This document shows positions 27,225-36,352 of a DNA stretch of 64,000 nucleotides, piece by piece. Below the pieces are notes generated by a model. It made no database searches and was not told the DNA's origin. It saw only the letters and a list, made by a program, of their open reading frames with translations. The stretch comes from Anaerolineae bacterium (GTDB taxonomy: Bacteria > Chloroflexota > Anaerolineae > Aggregatilineales > Phototrophicaceae), in contig DAOTTQ010000060.1 of NCBI GenBank assembly GCA_034437555.1, positions 21,073 through 85,072 of the forward strand. The letters are read 5' to 3'. Position 1 is the stretch's first letter, and every line of letters begins with the position of its first letter. Both the position numbers and the translations under genes were made by a program.

Positions 27225-28058
27225 TTGAATTTGTCTCCCAAACCGTTTAGAACCATTGCCCCGCCTTCGCGCTTCCCACTTCCTAACCTTAAAGAACTTT
27301 GGAACTTTCGCTATCTTGTGGTCTATATGGCGTGGCGTGATGTGAAGGTACGCTTTCAACAGACCATTTTGGGTCCTCTTTGGCCCCTTGTTGAACCTAT
27401 TATGTTTATGGTGGTGTTTACGTTTGTGTTCGGCACGATTGCCAATATGCCCTCAAATGATATTCCATATCCCATTTTTACGTTTACGGCACTGGTACCA
27501 TGGACGTTTTTTTCTAATGGTTTAACGCGCATGGCAACGTCTCTTACTTCCAATTCAAATATGATTACAAAAATTTATTTTCCCCGAATTTTGTTGCCTC
27601 TTTCATCTCAGGTGGCGAGCTTGCTAGAGCTTTTGGTGTCGTTGGTCATTGTTTTTGCGTTGATGGTTGGGTTTCAATTTGCGATTACATGGCGTATCCT
27701 TGCGCTTATTCCTTTGGTGTTGCTCATGATGTTTGCCACATTAGGCTTAGGGCTAATTCTTTCGGCAATGAATGCAAGGTTTCGTGATGTTGGAAACTCT
27801 GTAGGTATTTTGTTGCGCGTTATTATGTACCTTACCCCTGTTGCCTATACAAGCGATGTATTACCCGCTCCTTTGAACACGCTCTACATCATTAATCCCA
27901 TTGCAGGCGTGATAGATGGCTTTCGATGGGCATTACTAGGGGTAAATACCGACCCCTCACTCGCCATTATTTCTAGTGTTATTGTGTCTACCATGCTTTG
28001 TATATTTGGGGTGATCTTCTTTCAGCATAGCGATGCTACCTTTACGGATGTAATCTAA
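27225..28058 (+). CDS. wzm: ABC-2 type polysaccharide exporter permease
   Basis: Six TM helices and the ABC-2 signature region (LWPLVEPIMFMVVFTFVFG). It is adjacent and coupled to the Wzt-like ATPase. Confidence 0.8.
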   Translation: MNLSPKPFRTIAPPSRFPLPNLKELWNFRYLVVYMAWRDVKVRFQQTILGPLWPLVEPIMFMVVFTFVFGTIANMPSNDIPYPIFTFTALVPWTFFSNGLTRMATSLTSNSNMITKIYFPRILLPLSSQVASLLELLVSLVIVFALMVGFQFAITWRILALIPLVLLMMFATLGLGLILSAMNARFRDVGNSVGILLRVIMYLTPVAYTSDVLPAPLNTLYIINPIAGVIDGFRWALLGVNTDPSLAIISSVIVSTMLCIFGVIFFQHSDATFTDVI

Positions 28059-29350
28059 TGACAAACGCCATCGAAGTAAGCCACATTACCAAAAACTACT
28101 TTATTGGTAGGCAAGATAAACGCACCGTATTTGAACAAGTGAGGGGCATATTTACCGACCCCTTTAAGCGTATCGGCTTACTTTTACAGGGCAAGTCGCC
28201 CACATTCTCTGATGATAGTGTGACCGTGCTAAATGATATTTCCTTTGATGTGAAAACAGGGGAAGTGTTGGGCATTATTGGCGCAAATGGGGCAGGCAAA
28301 AGCACGCTTCTTAAAATCCTTAGTGGCATTACATACCCCACCAGTGGCACAGCCAAACTCTATGGGCGCGTGGGGTCACTTTTAGAAGTAGGAACAGGCT
28401 TCCATGCCGAATTGACGGGACGCGAGAATGTCTATTTGAATGGTTCCATTTTAGGAATGACACGCGCAGAAATATCAAAACGCTTTGATGAAATTGTGGC
28501 GTTCGCAGGGGTAGAAAAGTTTATTGATACTCCCGTAAAACGTTATTCTAGCGGTATGAAGGTTCGGCTTGCTTTTGGCGTGGCTGCTCATCTTGACCCA
28601 GAAATTTTGCTAATAGATGAAGTGTTGGCAGTGGGGGATGCGGTTTTTCAGCAACGTAGCCTAAATAAGATGTCCGAGATTACCATGCAATCACGCACGG
28701 TCATTTTTGTAAGCCATCAACTAGATATGATACGCGCCATTTGTACCCGTTGTATCTTTTTAGATAGCGGTCAGATTAAAGCGGATGGTAAACCCGAAGA
28801 AGTGATTGATGCATACCTTAATAGTTTGCGGATAGACCGTGGGATGCCAGAATTTGACCTTACCGACAAACGTAGCCCTGAACTTGAAATAGAGGTTTTT
28901 GCAGGGCGTGTGCTTAACACAGTAACAGAAAAGATTACAGGTCACTTTGATGTGTTTGACCCCATCAGCATTGAATTAGACTATGAAGTGCGTCGCCCCG
29001 TCGTTGGGTCAGTGATCAATTTTGAATTGTATCGCAATGGTGTTCCTTTGTTCACTTCGTTTGATACAGATACTGTTCCAGAACGGCATCAAGCGCGCTC
29101 CGTAGGGCGTTATACAGCACGAATAAACATTCCTTCGCCATTGCTAAAGGATGGGATTTATACTGTTGTGGTGAATGCAGGCTACGCTAATGTTCAGCGC
29201 ATCCAAAACATCGAAAATGCGCTCAAGTTTGAAGTAGAGCTTATCTCTGTGCCTAGTGCATTTGTAAGCTATGCGAATAAACGTTTTGGTGTGATTGCCA
29301 TGCCGCTGGATTGGCAAACGGTTTTAACTCCTACAGAGGTAAACTTATGA
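28058..29350 (+). CDS. wzt: Polysaccharide ABC exporter ATPase with a C-terminal Wzt_C-like carbohydrate-binding domain
   Basis: Walker A GANGAGKST, signature YSSGMKVRL, Walker B ILLIDE. A beta-rich C-terminal extension of ~170 aa follows the NBD. Confidence 0.85.
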   Translation: MTNAIEVSHITKNYFIGRQDKRTVFEQVRGIFTDPFKRIGLLLQGKSPTFSDDSVTVLNDISFDVKTGEVLGIIGANGAGKSTLLKILSGITYPTSGTAKLYGRVGSLLEVGTGFHAELTGRENVYLNGSILGMTRAEISKRFDEIVAFAGVEKFIDTPVKRYSSGMKVRLAFGVAAHLDPEILLIDEVLAVGDAVFQQRSLNKMSEITMQSRTVIFVSHQLDMIRAICTRCIFLDSGQIKADGKPEEVIDAYLNSLRIDRGMPEFDLTDKRSPELEIEVFAGRVLNTVTEKITGHFDVFDPISIELDYEVRRPVVGSVINFELYRNGVPLFTSFDTDTVPERHQARSVGRYTARINIPSPLLKDGIYTVVVNAGYANVQRIQNIENALKFEVELISVPSAFVSYANKRFGVIAMPLDWQTVLTPTEVNL

Positions 29351-30192
29351 GTCCTAATACATTAACTATACCCATTTATGTTAGTGACGGTGGACAAATT
29401 GTGCCAAACCTTCTCTTTCATCGCTCATGGGATAAGTTACACAGTCGCTGCATTGAATATCCTTTTGCTGCTTCACAAGTGGGTAGTGCAGAATCTTTAT
29501 TAGATGTTGGCACCGCCAAAAGTGATGTTATTTGGATGCAGTGGCTAGACCAACTGCCATTAAAAACAACAGTTACAGATTATGACCCCACAGATTATCC
29601 TTATAAACGTGCTGTATTTCAACAAGCGGACGTGCGCCACTTGCCATTTGAGGACGCTAGTTTTGAGGTTATTTTAGCTGTCTCGGTTATTGAGCATATT
29701 GGATTAAGCGACTCACAAGTATTAAGCTCGGATAAACCTCCAGAAGATACACTAGGCGATGTAGAAGCGGTGCGTGAGTTGATGCGTGTTCTTAAACCAG
29801 ATGGTCGTTTGGTGATGACATTTCCCTATGGTTTAATAGATGGTCTTATCTTAGGTGGTTCAGCACGAGGTTACACGGCTCATAGCCTTAAACGATTTGA
29901 GAGTGTGGCACGTCCTCTTGCACTAGATTATTATGAATACCAACGTATGGGCGTTCATGAGCTTTATGAAGAAGTAAAATCTAATCCTTCTGTCTTTTCC
30001 CATTTCAAACAACAAGTTCTAAATCGCGTGTTTAGATCTAAAAAAAGGGTTAAACAATCCCCATCTTTAGTCCCATCGACATCCATTATAGGGGCAGTAA
30101 CTTGGCGAAAAATTCCAATTGAACAAGCAAAAGCAACTCATAAGAGCCACGTTGATGGTGTTATCTGTGGTGTCTGGGGTAAATTAAAATGA
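29347..30192 (+). CDS. Class I SAM-dependent methyltransferase
   Basis: LLDVGTAKSD, FEDASFEVILAVSVIEHIG and LKPDGRLVMTFPYG. ATG 29347 overlaps the wzt stop (ATGA). Confidence 0.7.
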   Translation: MSPNTLTIPIYVSDGGQIVPNLLFHRSWDKLHSRCIEYPFAASQVGSAESLLDVGTAKSDVIWMQWLDQLPLKTTVTDYDPTDYPYKRAVFQQADVRHLPFEDASFEVILAVSVIEHIGLSDSQVLSSDKPPEDTLGDVEAVRELMRVLKPDGRLVMTFPYGLIDGLILGGSARGYTAHSLKRFESVARPLALDYYEYQRMGVHELYEEVKSNPSVFSHFKQQVLNRVFRSKKRVKQSPSLVPSTSIIGAVTWRKIPIEQAKATHKSHVDGVICGVWGKLK

Positions 30193-30968
30193 TAAAAAGA
30201 TTGAAGCGGTGGCTTTTAAGATTATTGCGACATAAAAAAAATGAGTCATTCCCTCAAACAATAAAGGTAACAGACCTAGTAAATTCTACGCTGACATTCA
30301 TTGCTTATAACGCAATGGAAAAATATCGTGTTGTTTCCTATGGTTCAGAGCGCGACGCACTAGATAAATTGCTAAGCGTCGTACGCCCTGATGATACTGT
30401 ATTTGACATCGGCGCAAGCGTTGGGTTGTACACTATGGCGTTACTAAGCCAATGCCCAAAAGGTGAGATTGTTGCATTTGAACCCGACCCCGAAACCGCA
30501 AAACGCTTAAAGCAAAACATTACACTTAACCCCTTTCCTAATGTTAGGGTTATAGAGTGGGGCGTAAGCCAAAGTGAAGGGGAGATGGAACTTTATACAG
30601 CAGGCTCTGGTGGGTTTGCCCCAACGCTGGCAAAGACCAATCGTTTCAAAGAAACAGTTAAAATTCCAACAAATTCGCTAGATAACGCCTTAGCATTAGG
30701 TAATCTGCCCATACCAGATGTACTAAAAGTAGATATCGAAGGGGCTGAAGTCTTATGTATTCGAGGTGCAAAACGCCTTCTTTTGGGAGAATTTTCTAAA
30801 AGACCACGTTTGCTCTTTATTGAGTTTCACCCCGAATGGATGATAGATTTTGGCGCAACAATTGAAATATTAACTGCTGAGATTGAATCTGCTGGTTATC
30901 ATGCGATTTGGCGAAGTGACCGCGACAAACAAACTCATATTTTGTATAGTATGGTAGAAAGTATCTAA
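30189..30968 (+). CDS. FkbM-family methyltransferase
   Basis: VFDIGASVGLYT and LKVDIEGAEV, both hallmarks of the FkbM family. The start overlaps the preceding stop. Confidence 0.75.
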   Translation: MIKRLKRWLLRLLRHKKNESFPQTIKVTDLVNSTLTFIAYNAMEKYRVVSYGSERDALDKLLSVVRPDDTVFDIGASVGLYTMALLSQCPKGEIVAFEPDPETAKRLKQNITLNPFPNVRVIEWGVSQSEGEMELYTAGSGGFAPTLAKTNRFKETVKIPTNSLDNALALGNLPIPDVLKVDIEGAEVLCIRGAKRLLLGEFSKRPRLLFIEFHPEWMIDFGATIEILTAEIESAGYHAIWRSDRDKQTHILYSMVESI

Positions 30969-30973
30969 GTTTC

Positions 30974-31654
30974 ATGCCAAAAATAGTTGCCATTGTGCCT
31001 ATGCGCCACAATAGTGAGCGTGTAAAGGGCAAAAACTATCGTATCTTCGGCGAGAAACCACTTTATCAGCACATTGTTCAAACATTGTTAGCGTGTGTTC
31101 ATGTTCAAGAAGTGGTCATTGATACCGATAGCCCGCTGATTATGGAACAGTCACAAGCCCAATTTGGCGAGCATGTGCGCCTCTTAGAACGCCCTGAACA
31201 TCTCAGAGATGGTAATACCCCGATGAATGATGTGTTGCTAAATACCATTACACACTTTGAAGCTGATTTTTATTTGCAAACACATTCTACCAACCCACTG
31301 CTTAAACCGAGTACGATTGATAACGCGCTAGGGGCTTTCTTAAAGCAATATCCCGCGTATGATTCTCTTTTTGGGGTGACCCGCTTACAAGTGCGCCTTT
31401 GGGATGAGCTGGCAAGAGCCATCAATCATAACCCCAATATCTTGCTTCGTACTCAAGATTTGCCTCCAATTTATGCCGAAAATTCGACACTCTATGTCTT
31501 TACACGCGAACAATTGCTTACACGTCACAATCGCATTGGCAATCGCCCTATGATGCACGAAATAGACCCACTAGAAGCATGGGATATTGACGGAGAAACC
31601 GACTTTCAGATAGCAGAAACTATTTACCGCACGCTTTATACAAGGAAAAACTAA
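30974..31654 (+). CDS. Acylneuraminate (NeuA/PseF/LegF-like) cytidylyltransferase family protein
   Basis: IVAIVPMRHNSERVKGKNYR N-terminal nucleotide-binding motif. 226 aa. Confidence 0.7.
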   Translation: MPKIVAIVPMRHNSERVKGKNYRIFGEKPLYQHIVQTLLACVHVQEVVIDTDSPLIMEQSQAQFGEHVRLLERPEHLRDGNTPMNDVLLNTITHFEADFYLQTHSTNPLLKPSTIDNALGAFLKQYPAYDSLFGVTRLQVRLWDELARAINHNPNILLRTQDLPPIYAENSTLYVFTREQLLTRHNRIGNRPMMHEIDPLEAWDIDGETDFQIAETIYRTLYTRKN

Positions 31655-31655
31655 T

Positions 31656-32597
31656 ATGCGATGGAAAGTGCTTCTCTCTGCGCCTTATATGCAACCCTTT
31701 ATTGAACGTTTTCGCCCTATCCTAGAAGAACGTGGCGCAGAAGTGGTTGTGCCTGTCGTTCATGAACGCCTAGAAGAAGCCGATTTATTGGCTATCATTG
31801 GTGATATTGATGGTGTAATTTGTGGCGATGACCGCTTTACAGAGCGTGTACTAGAGGCTGCCCCAAAACTAAAAGTGATTTCAAAGTGGGGAACAGGCAT
31901 CGATTCTATTGACCAAGTGGCTTGTGCCAAGCGTGGTATTGCCGTAAAAAACACGCCTAACGCCTTTAGCGAGCCTGTTGCGGATACGGTTTTGGGGTAT
32001 ATGCTGTGCTTTGTGCGTAACTTGCCCTTTATGGACACGCACATGAAGATGGGCGTTTGGCATAAAATTAACGGTCGCACGCTTGCCGAATGTACTTTAG
32101 GGGTTGTGGGGGTGGGCAATGTAGGTAAGGCGGTTATTCGCCGTGCCAGCGCATTTGGTATGAAAATTTTAGCTCACGACCCTATAATGCCACCCCATGA
32201 GTTCTTACAAATGCACGGTGTGCAAATGACAAGCCTAGAAACATTGCTTGCTGAATCTGATTTCATTAGCATCAATTGTGACCTAAACCCTACTAGCCAC
32301 CACTTGATGAACGAAGAACGATTTGCCCTGTGTAAATCCAACGCGGTGCTCATCAATACGGCACGGGGCCCCATTGTAAAAGAGGTCGCTCTCATTCAGG
32401 CTCTTAAAGAGGGGCGTATTGCTGGAACGGCTCTTGATGTGTTTGAACATGAGCCTTTGCCACAAGACAGCCCGTTGTTGCAAATGCCAAATGCCTTTCT
32501 TGCGCCCCACAACTCTAATAGTAGCCCTGTAGCATGGGAGCGCGTCCATCTTAACACCATCAAAAATCTGTTTGATGTTTTAGAACAATCACAATAA
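31656..32597 (+). CDS. D-isomer-specific 2-hydroxyacid dehydrogenase (PGDH-like)
   Basis: NAD fold GVVGVGNVGKAV, NTARGPIV, and a catalytic His in LAPHNS. Confidence 0.8.
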   Translation: MRWKVLLSAPYMQPFIERFRPILEERGAEVVVPVVHERLEEADLLAIIGDIDGVICGDDRFTERVLEAAPKLKVISKWGTGIDSIDQVACAKRGIAVKNTPNAFSEPVADTVLGYMLCFVRNLPFMDTHMKMGVWHKINGRTLAECTLGVVGVGNVGKAVIRRASAFGMKILAHDPIMPPHEFLQMHGVQMTSLETLLAESDFISINCDLNPTSHHLMNEERFALCKSNAVLINTARGPIVKEVALIQALKEGRIAGTALDVFEHEPLPQDSPLLQMPNAFLAPHNSNSSPVAWERVHLNTIKNLFDVLEQSQ

Positions 32598-32621
32598 CAC
32601 ATATTTTAGGGGGAACTGACC

Positions 32622-33365
32622 ATGAAAACCGTATTGATTACAGGGGTAGCAGGGGGTATCGGAAGTGCCATTGCGGATGTTTTTCATCAGGCAGGTTGGC
32701 ATGTCATTGGCGTTGACCGTCGCCAAGCCGAATTACCAAGCGTAACCGACTTTATCCTTGCGGATATTTCTGACCCTATTGCCAGCCAACACATCTTTGA
32801 CACCGTAAAAGAAAAAGTCGGAACACTAGATGCTTTGGTCAATAATGCGGCGGTTCAGGTTTGTAAGCCTCTTGTTGAAACCACTATTGAAGAGTGGGAC
32901 AGTGTGATGGATGCGAATCTTCGTGCTGTGTTCTTGGCAGTAAAATATGCGTTCCCATTGATGAAAGATAATGGGGGGGCAATCGTCAACATTGGGTCGG
33001 TTCATGCGGTGGCTACTTCTGCCAATATTGCCGCCTACGCTGCCAGTAAGGGAGCGTTGCTGGCGCTTACTCGTGCGCTTGCCATTGAGTTAACCACCCA
33101 GAACATTCGCGTAAATACGGTGCTTCCTGGTGCGGTAGATACGCCAATGCTTCATGCCGGTTTGTCGCGTGGGCATGTGGAAGGCGATAATACCTATGAA
33201 CTCGTGCGTGCGCTGGGTAAGAAGCATGTGATTGGGCGCGTGGGGCAACCCCATGAAATAGGGCAGGCGGTACTCTTTCTTGCTGATGAAGAACGCTCTT
33301 CATTTGTCACAGGGCAAGCCCTGGTGGTTGACGGCGGCGCAACAGCACGCCTGAGTACGGAGTAG
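32622..33365 (+). CDS. Short-chain dehydrogenase/reductase
   Basis: TGVAGGIGSAIA, NNAAV, and YAASKGAL (YxxxK). Confidence 0.85.
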   Translation: MKTVLITGVAGGIGSAIADVFHQAGWHVIGVDRRQAELPSVTDFILADISDPIASQHIFDTVKEKVGTLDALVNNAAVQVCKPLVETTIEEWDSVMDANLRAVFLAVKYAFPLMKDNGGAIVNIGSVHAVATSANIAAYAASKGALLALTRALAIELTTQNIRVNTVLPGAVDTPMLHAGLSRGHVEGDNTYELVRALGKKHVIGRVGQPHEIGQAVLFLADEERSSFVTGQALVVDGGATARLSTE

Positions 33366-33367
33366 TT

Positions 33368-34150
33368 ATGGAACGGGTACCCTCACCACTAGAGCGTTTT
33401 AGACGAATCTTTTTTCCCCGAAACCGCCAACGGTTCTATTGGCAATTGGATTATCGCCGTTGGGTAAGTGCTTATCGCATGGGGCAGTACCGTAATCGCT
33501 ATCAGGGGCAACGCTGTGTGATTATTGGCAACGGACCCAGCCTAAATAACATGGATTTAAGCGTCCTGAAGAATGAAACAACCTTTGCACTCAATAGGGG
33601 CTATTTACTCTTTGACCGCATTGGCGCATCTAGCACCTTTTTTGTCTGCATTAACCAATTGGTCTTAGAGCAATTTGGGCAAGAAATGTCGCAATTGCCT
33701 ATGCCAAAGTTCATCAGTTGGGCAGGGCGACGTGCTTTCCCTTTTACACGCAACACATCCTTTTTTCGCACATTTGCCCAAAATAAATTTTCTTTTGAGG
33801 CAAATCATTTGGTGAATGAGGGCAACACAGTCACGTTTGCTACACTCCAAATTGCATATTTTATGGGGTTTAGCAAAGTTATTCTGATTGGTGTCGACCA
33901 TAATTTCGTAGATAAGGGCGACCCCCACAAAACCGTAACCACTCAAGCAAGTGATGCCAATCACTTTGACCCCAATTATTTTGGTAAAGGGATAAAGTGG
34001 CAGTTACCCGACCTTGAAGGCTCTGAAAAAGCCTATCGTGTGGCAAAAGAAGCCTATGAAACCGATGGTCGCGTTGTTTTAGATGCGACACTAAACGGCA
34101 AACTACAAGTATTCCCCAAAATTAACCTATCGGATGCGCTTTCCTCATGA
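33368..34150 (+). CDS. DUF115/MptE-like, GT42 (Cst-II)-like putative ulosonic-acid transferase
   Basis: CVIIGNGPSLNNMDLSVLKNETTFALNRGYLLF and TFATLQIAYFMGFSKVILIGVDHNF align by eye to Cst-II VIIAGNGPSLKEIDYSRLPNDFDVFRCNQFYF and GVYMCAVAIALGYKEIYLSGIDFYQ. A His-containing segment DANHFDPNYFG lies downstream. Confidence 0.5.
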   Translation: MERVPSPLERFRRIFFPRNRQRFYWQLDYRRWVSAYRMGQYRNRYQGQRCVIIGNGPSLNNMDLSVLKNETTFALNRGYLLFDRIGASSTFFVCINQLVLEQFGQEMSQLPMPKFISWAGRRAFPFTRNTSFFRTFAQNKFSFEANHLVNEGNTVTFATLQIAYFMGFSKVILIGVDHNFVDKGDPHKTVTTQASDANHFDPNYFGKGIKWQLPDLEGSEKAYRVAKEAYETDGRVVLDATLNGKLQVFPKINLSDALSS

Positions 34151-35346
34151 CCCCTAAACGTCTTGCCGTACACATTAAGCCTCAAATTGAAAAGCGCATG
34201 TATGAAGGGCATCCGTGGCTCTTTGACCAAGCCATTACCAAGCAAAGTGACACAGGCAATGCGGGTGACTTCGCGGTTATCTATAATCGCCACAACAAAT
34301 TTTTGGGCATTGGCTTATATGACCCATCATCGCCGATTCGCGTTAAGATGCTTCATGTGGGCAAGCCTGTGACCATTGATGAGGCGTGGTTTCACGAACG
34401 CCTTACCCAAGTGGTTGCCAAACGTGCGCCCCTTACACAAACCAATACCACAGGCTATCGACTTGTTCATGGTGAAAATGACGGGTTTCCTTCACTAATT
34501 GTAGACCGTTATGCCGATACATTGGTGATTAAGCTCTATAGCCCCATTTGGTTGCCACAACTTCCCATTATCTTGCCTATTTTAGAGGCACTTGTGCCAT
34601 GTGAGCGAATGATTTTACGCCTAAGCCGTAACCTACAGGCGCAATCTAAACACGGCTACCATGATGGGCAAGCTCTTAAAGGGATGCTTCCAAATGCGCC
34701 GATTGCGTTTCAAGAAAACGGGCTAACGTTTACCGCCGATGTGGTGAAAGGGCATAAAACAGGCTTCTTCTTTGACCAGCGCGATAACCGCTATAAAGTA
34801 TACGAACGGGCAAAAGGGCGTACTGTGCTAGACGTTTTTGCTTACGTGGGGGCATTTAGTGTGTATAGTGCATGGGGCGGTGCAAAAAGCGTTACCAGCC
34901 TAGACATTAGCGCACAAGCATTAGAACTGGCGCAACACCACTTTGAACTCAATAAAGCCGTCACACAGAAGACCCAACATGAAGTGCTTGCCGAAGATGC
35001 CTTTGAAGGCTTAATACGACTTCATCGCCAACGCACTCGCTATGACATGCTCATCATCGATCCACCCAATTTTGCCAACGCCCAACACGAAGTGGATGGT
35101 GCGTTAAACTCTTATTATGAGCTTGCTCGTTTGGGAGTGGCTTTACTAGAGCCAAGAGGCGTGTTTGTAATGGCATCATGTACCAGCCGAGTGACCAGTG
35201 ATGCGTTCTTTAAGACAGTGCATGATGGGGTAAGTGATGCGGGAAAAAGGCTGTATGAGCAGGAGCGAACTTCCCACGCTATCGACCATCCTATCGGATT
35301 TGCCGAAGGTGCTTACCTAAAATGTATTTTTGGTAGTGTATCGTAA
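34147..35346 (+). CDS. RlmI-like PUA-domain SAM-dependent rRNA methyltransferase
   Basis: N-terminal PUA-like region (HPWLFDQAI), KTGFFFDQRDNR, VLDVFAYVGAFS and IIDPPNF. Confidence 0.7.
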   Translation: MTPKRLAVHIKPQIEKRMYEGHPWLFDQAITKQSDTGNAGDFAVIYNRHNKFLGIGLYDPSSPIRVKMLHVGKPVTIDEAWFHERLTQVVAKRAPLTQTNTTGYRLVHGENDGFPSLIVDRYADTLVIKLYSPIWLPQLPIILPILEALVPCERMILRLSRNLQAQSKHGYHDGQALKGMLPNAPIAFQENGLTFTADVVKGHKTGFFFDQRDNRYKVYERAKGRTVLDVFAYVGAFSVYSAWGGAKSVTSLDISAQALELAQHHFELNKAVTQKTQHEVLAEDAFEGLIRLHRQRTRYDMLIIDPPNFANAQHEVDGALNSYYELARLGVALLEPRGVFVMASCTSRVTSDAFFKTVHDGVSDAGKRLYEQERTSHAIDHPIGFAEGAYLKCIFGSVS

Positions 35347-35399
35347 CTTTTTGGAACTATAATAAGAGAAATAACATCACCCACTGAACGGCATATAGC

Positions 35400-36308
35400 A
35401 TGACCGACCCCCAAAGCATTGGTTTGTGGATTACTGCAACAGAAATACATACTGCCCTTGTTGATCAAAACGGATATTTTTCAGCGTCTCATAGCATTCC
35501 TATTGTTACAACGGCAGGTGTAAGTGGCATTTTAGATAGTGTCATTATGTCGTTAAAAGACGCACAAAAAACCGCCCAAGAGCAACAAATTACGCTTCAA
35601 GGGGTGGGGGTGAGTGTCATGGCGCACATCAATAACCATGAAGGAACACTCACCCAAGTGCCTCATTCCTTAAGTTCACTTGTGGATTTCCCTTTGCGCC
35701 AAGCCCTTGAGGATGCGCTTCAGTTACCTGTGGCATTAAGTAATGCGGTTCATGCCATGGCACGCTATGAATCACGGTTGGGCATTGGGCAAGATAAGCC
35801 AAATTTCTTCTATGTGCTGGTTGATGACGATGTGGACGGCGCATTATGGCACGAAGGGCAATTATGGCGTGGCGCACGCGGTGGGGCAGGGGACATTGGT
35901 TACTTGGTTGCCGATTGGCTAGGCGAAAAACCTATCACGGTTGCGCAACGCGCGTCTTCAAGTGGTATCATTGCACAGTACAGTATGCGATCTCGCAAAT
36001 TTGATAAGCCAAACATCAATGACCTCATGGCTTATGCCCAACATGATGACCAATTAGCGATGCGCGTTTTACGCGATGGTGGGCGCATTGTGGGCGCAAT
36101 TCTTAGCCCCATTGTTGCCGTTTTTGAACCACAAGCGGTCATTGTTGGCGGACGATTTGCCCACAACACGTTTTGGTGGAGTGCGTTTGAAATGGCATTT
36201 AGGCAAAGCAACACCCCCAATAGCGCACGCCTTCCGATATTCCCCGCGAAATGGCACGAAAAAGCCCCACTCATCGGAGCAGGGCTAATGGTGCTAGAAC
36301 CACAATAA
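35400..36308 (+). CDS. ROK/ASKHA-fold sugar-kinase-like protein without the canonical ROK zinc Cys motif
   Basis: The ATPase phosphate-1 region IGLWITATEIHTALVD, then GARGGAGDIGYL and AVIVGGRF. No CxCGxxGC motif was seen. Confidence 0.5.
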   Translation: MTDPQSIGLWITATEIHTALVDQNGYFSASHSIPIVTTAGVSGILDSVIMSLKDAQKTAQEQQITLQGVGVSVMAHINNHEGTLTQVPHSLSSLVDFPLRQALEDALQLPVALSNAVHAMARYESRLGIGQDKPNFFYVLVDDDVDGALWHEGQLWRGARGGAGDIGYLVADWLGEKPITVAQRASSSGIIAQYSMRSRKFDKPNINDLMAYAQHDDQLAMRVLRDGGRIVGAILSPIVAVFEPQAVIVGGRFAHNTFWWSAFEMAFRQSNTPNSARLPIFPAKWHEKAPLIGAGLMVLEPQ

Positions 36309-36315
36309 ACACATC

Positions 36316-36343
36316 AAAAACAAGGGGCTTGCGCCCCCTGTTT
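36316..36343. terminator. Bidirectional hairpin terminator between the convergent ROK-like and protease genes
   Basis: Stem GGGGC/GCCCC, loop TTGC, with an A-run on the left and TGTTTAT on the right. Confidence 0.55.
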
Positions 36344-36352
36344 ATGTGCCAT

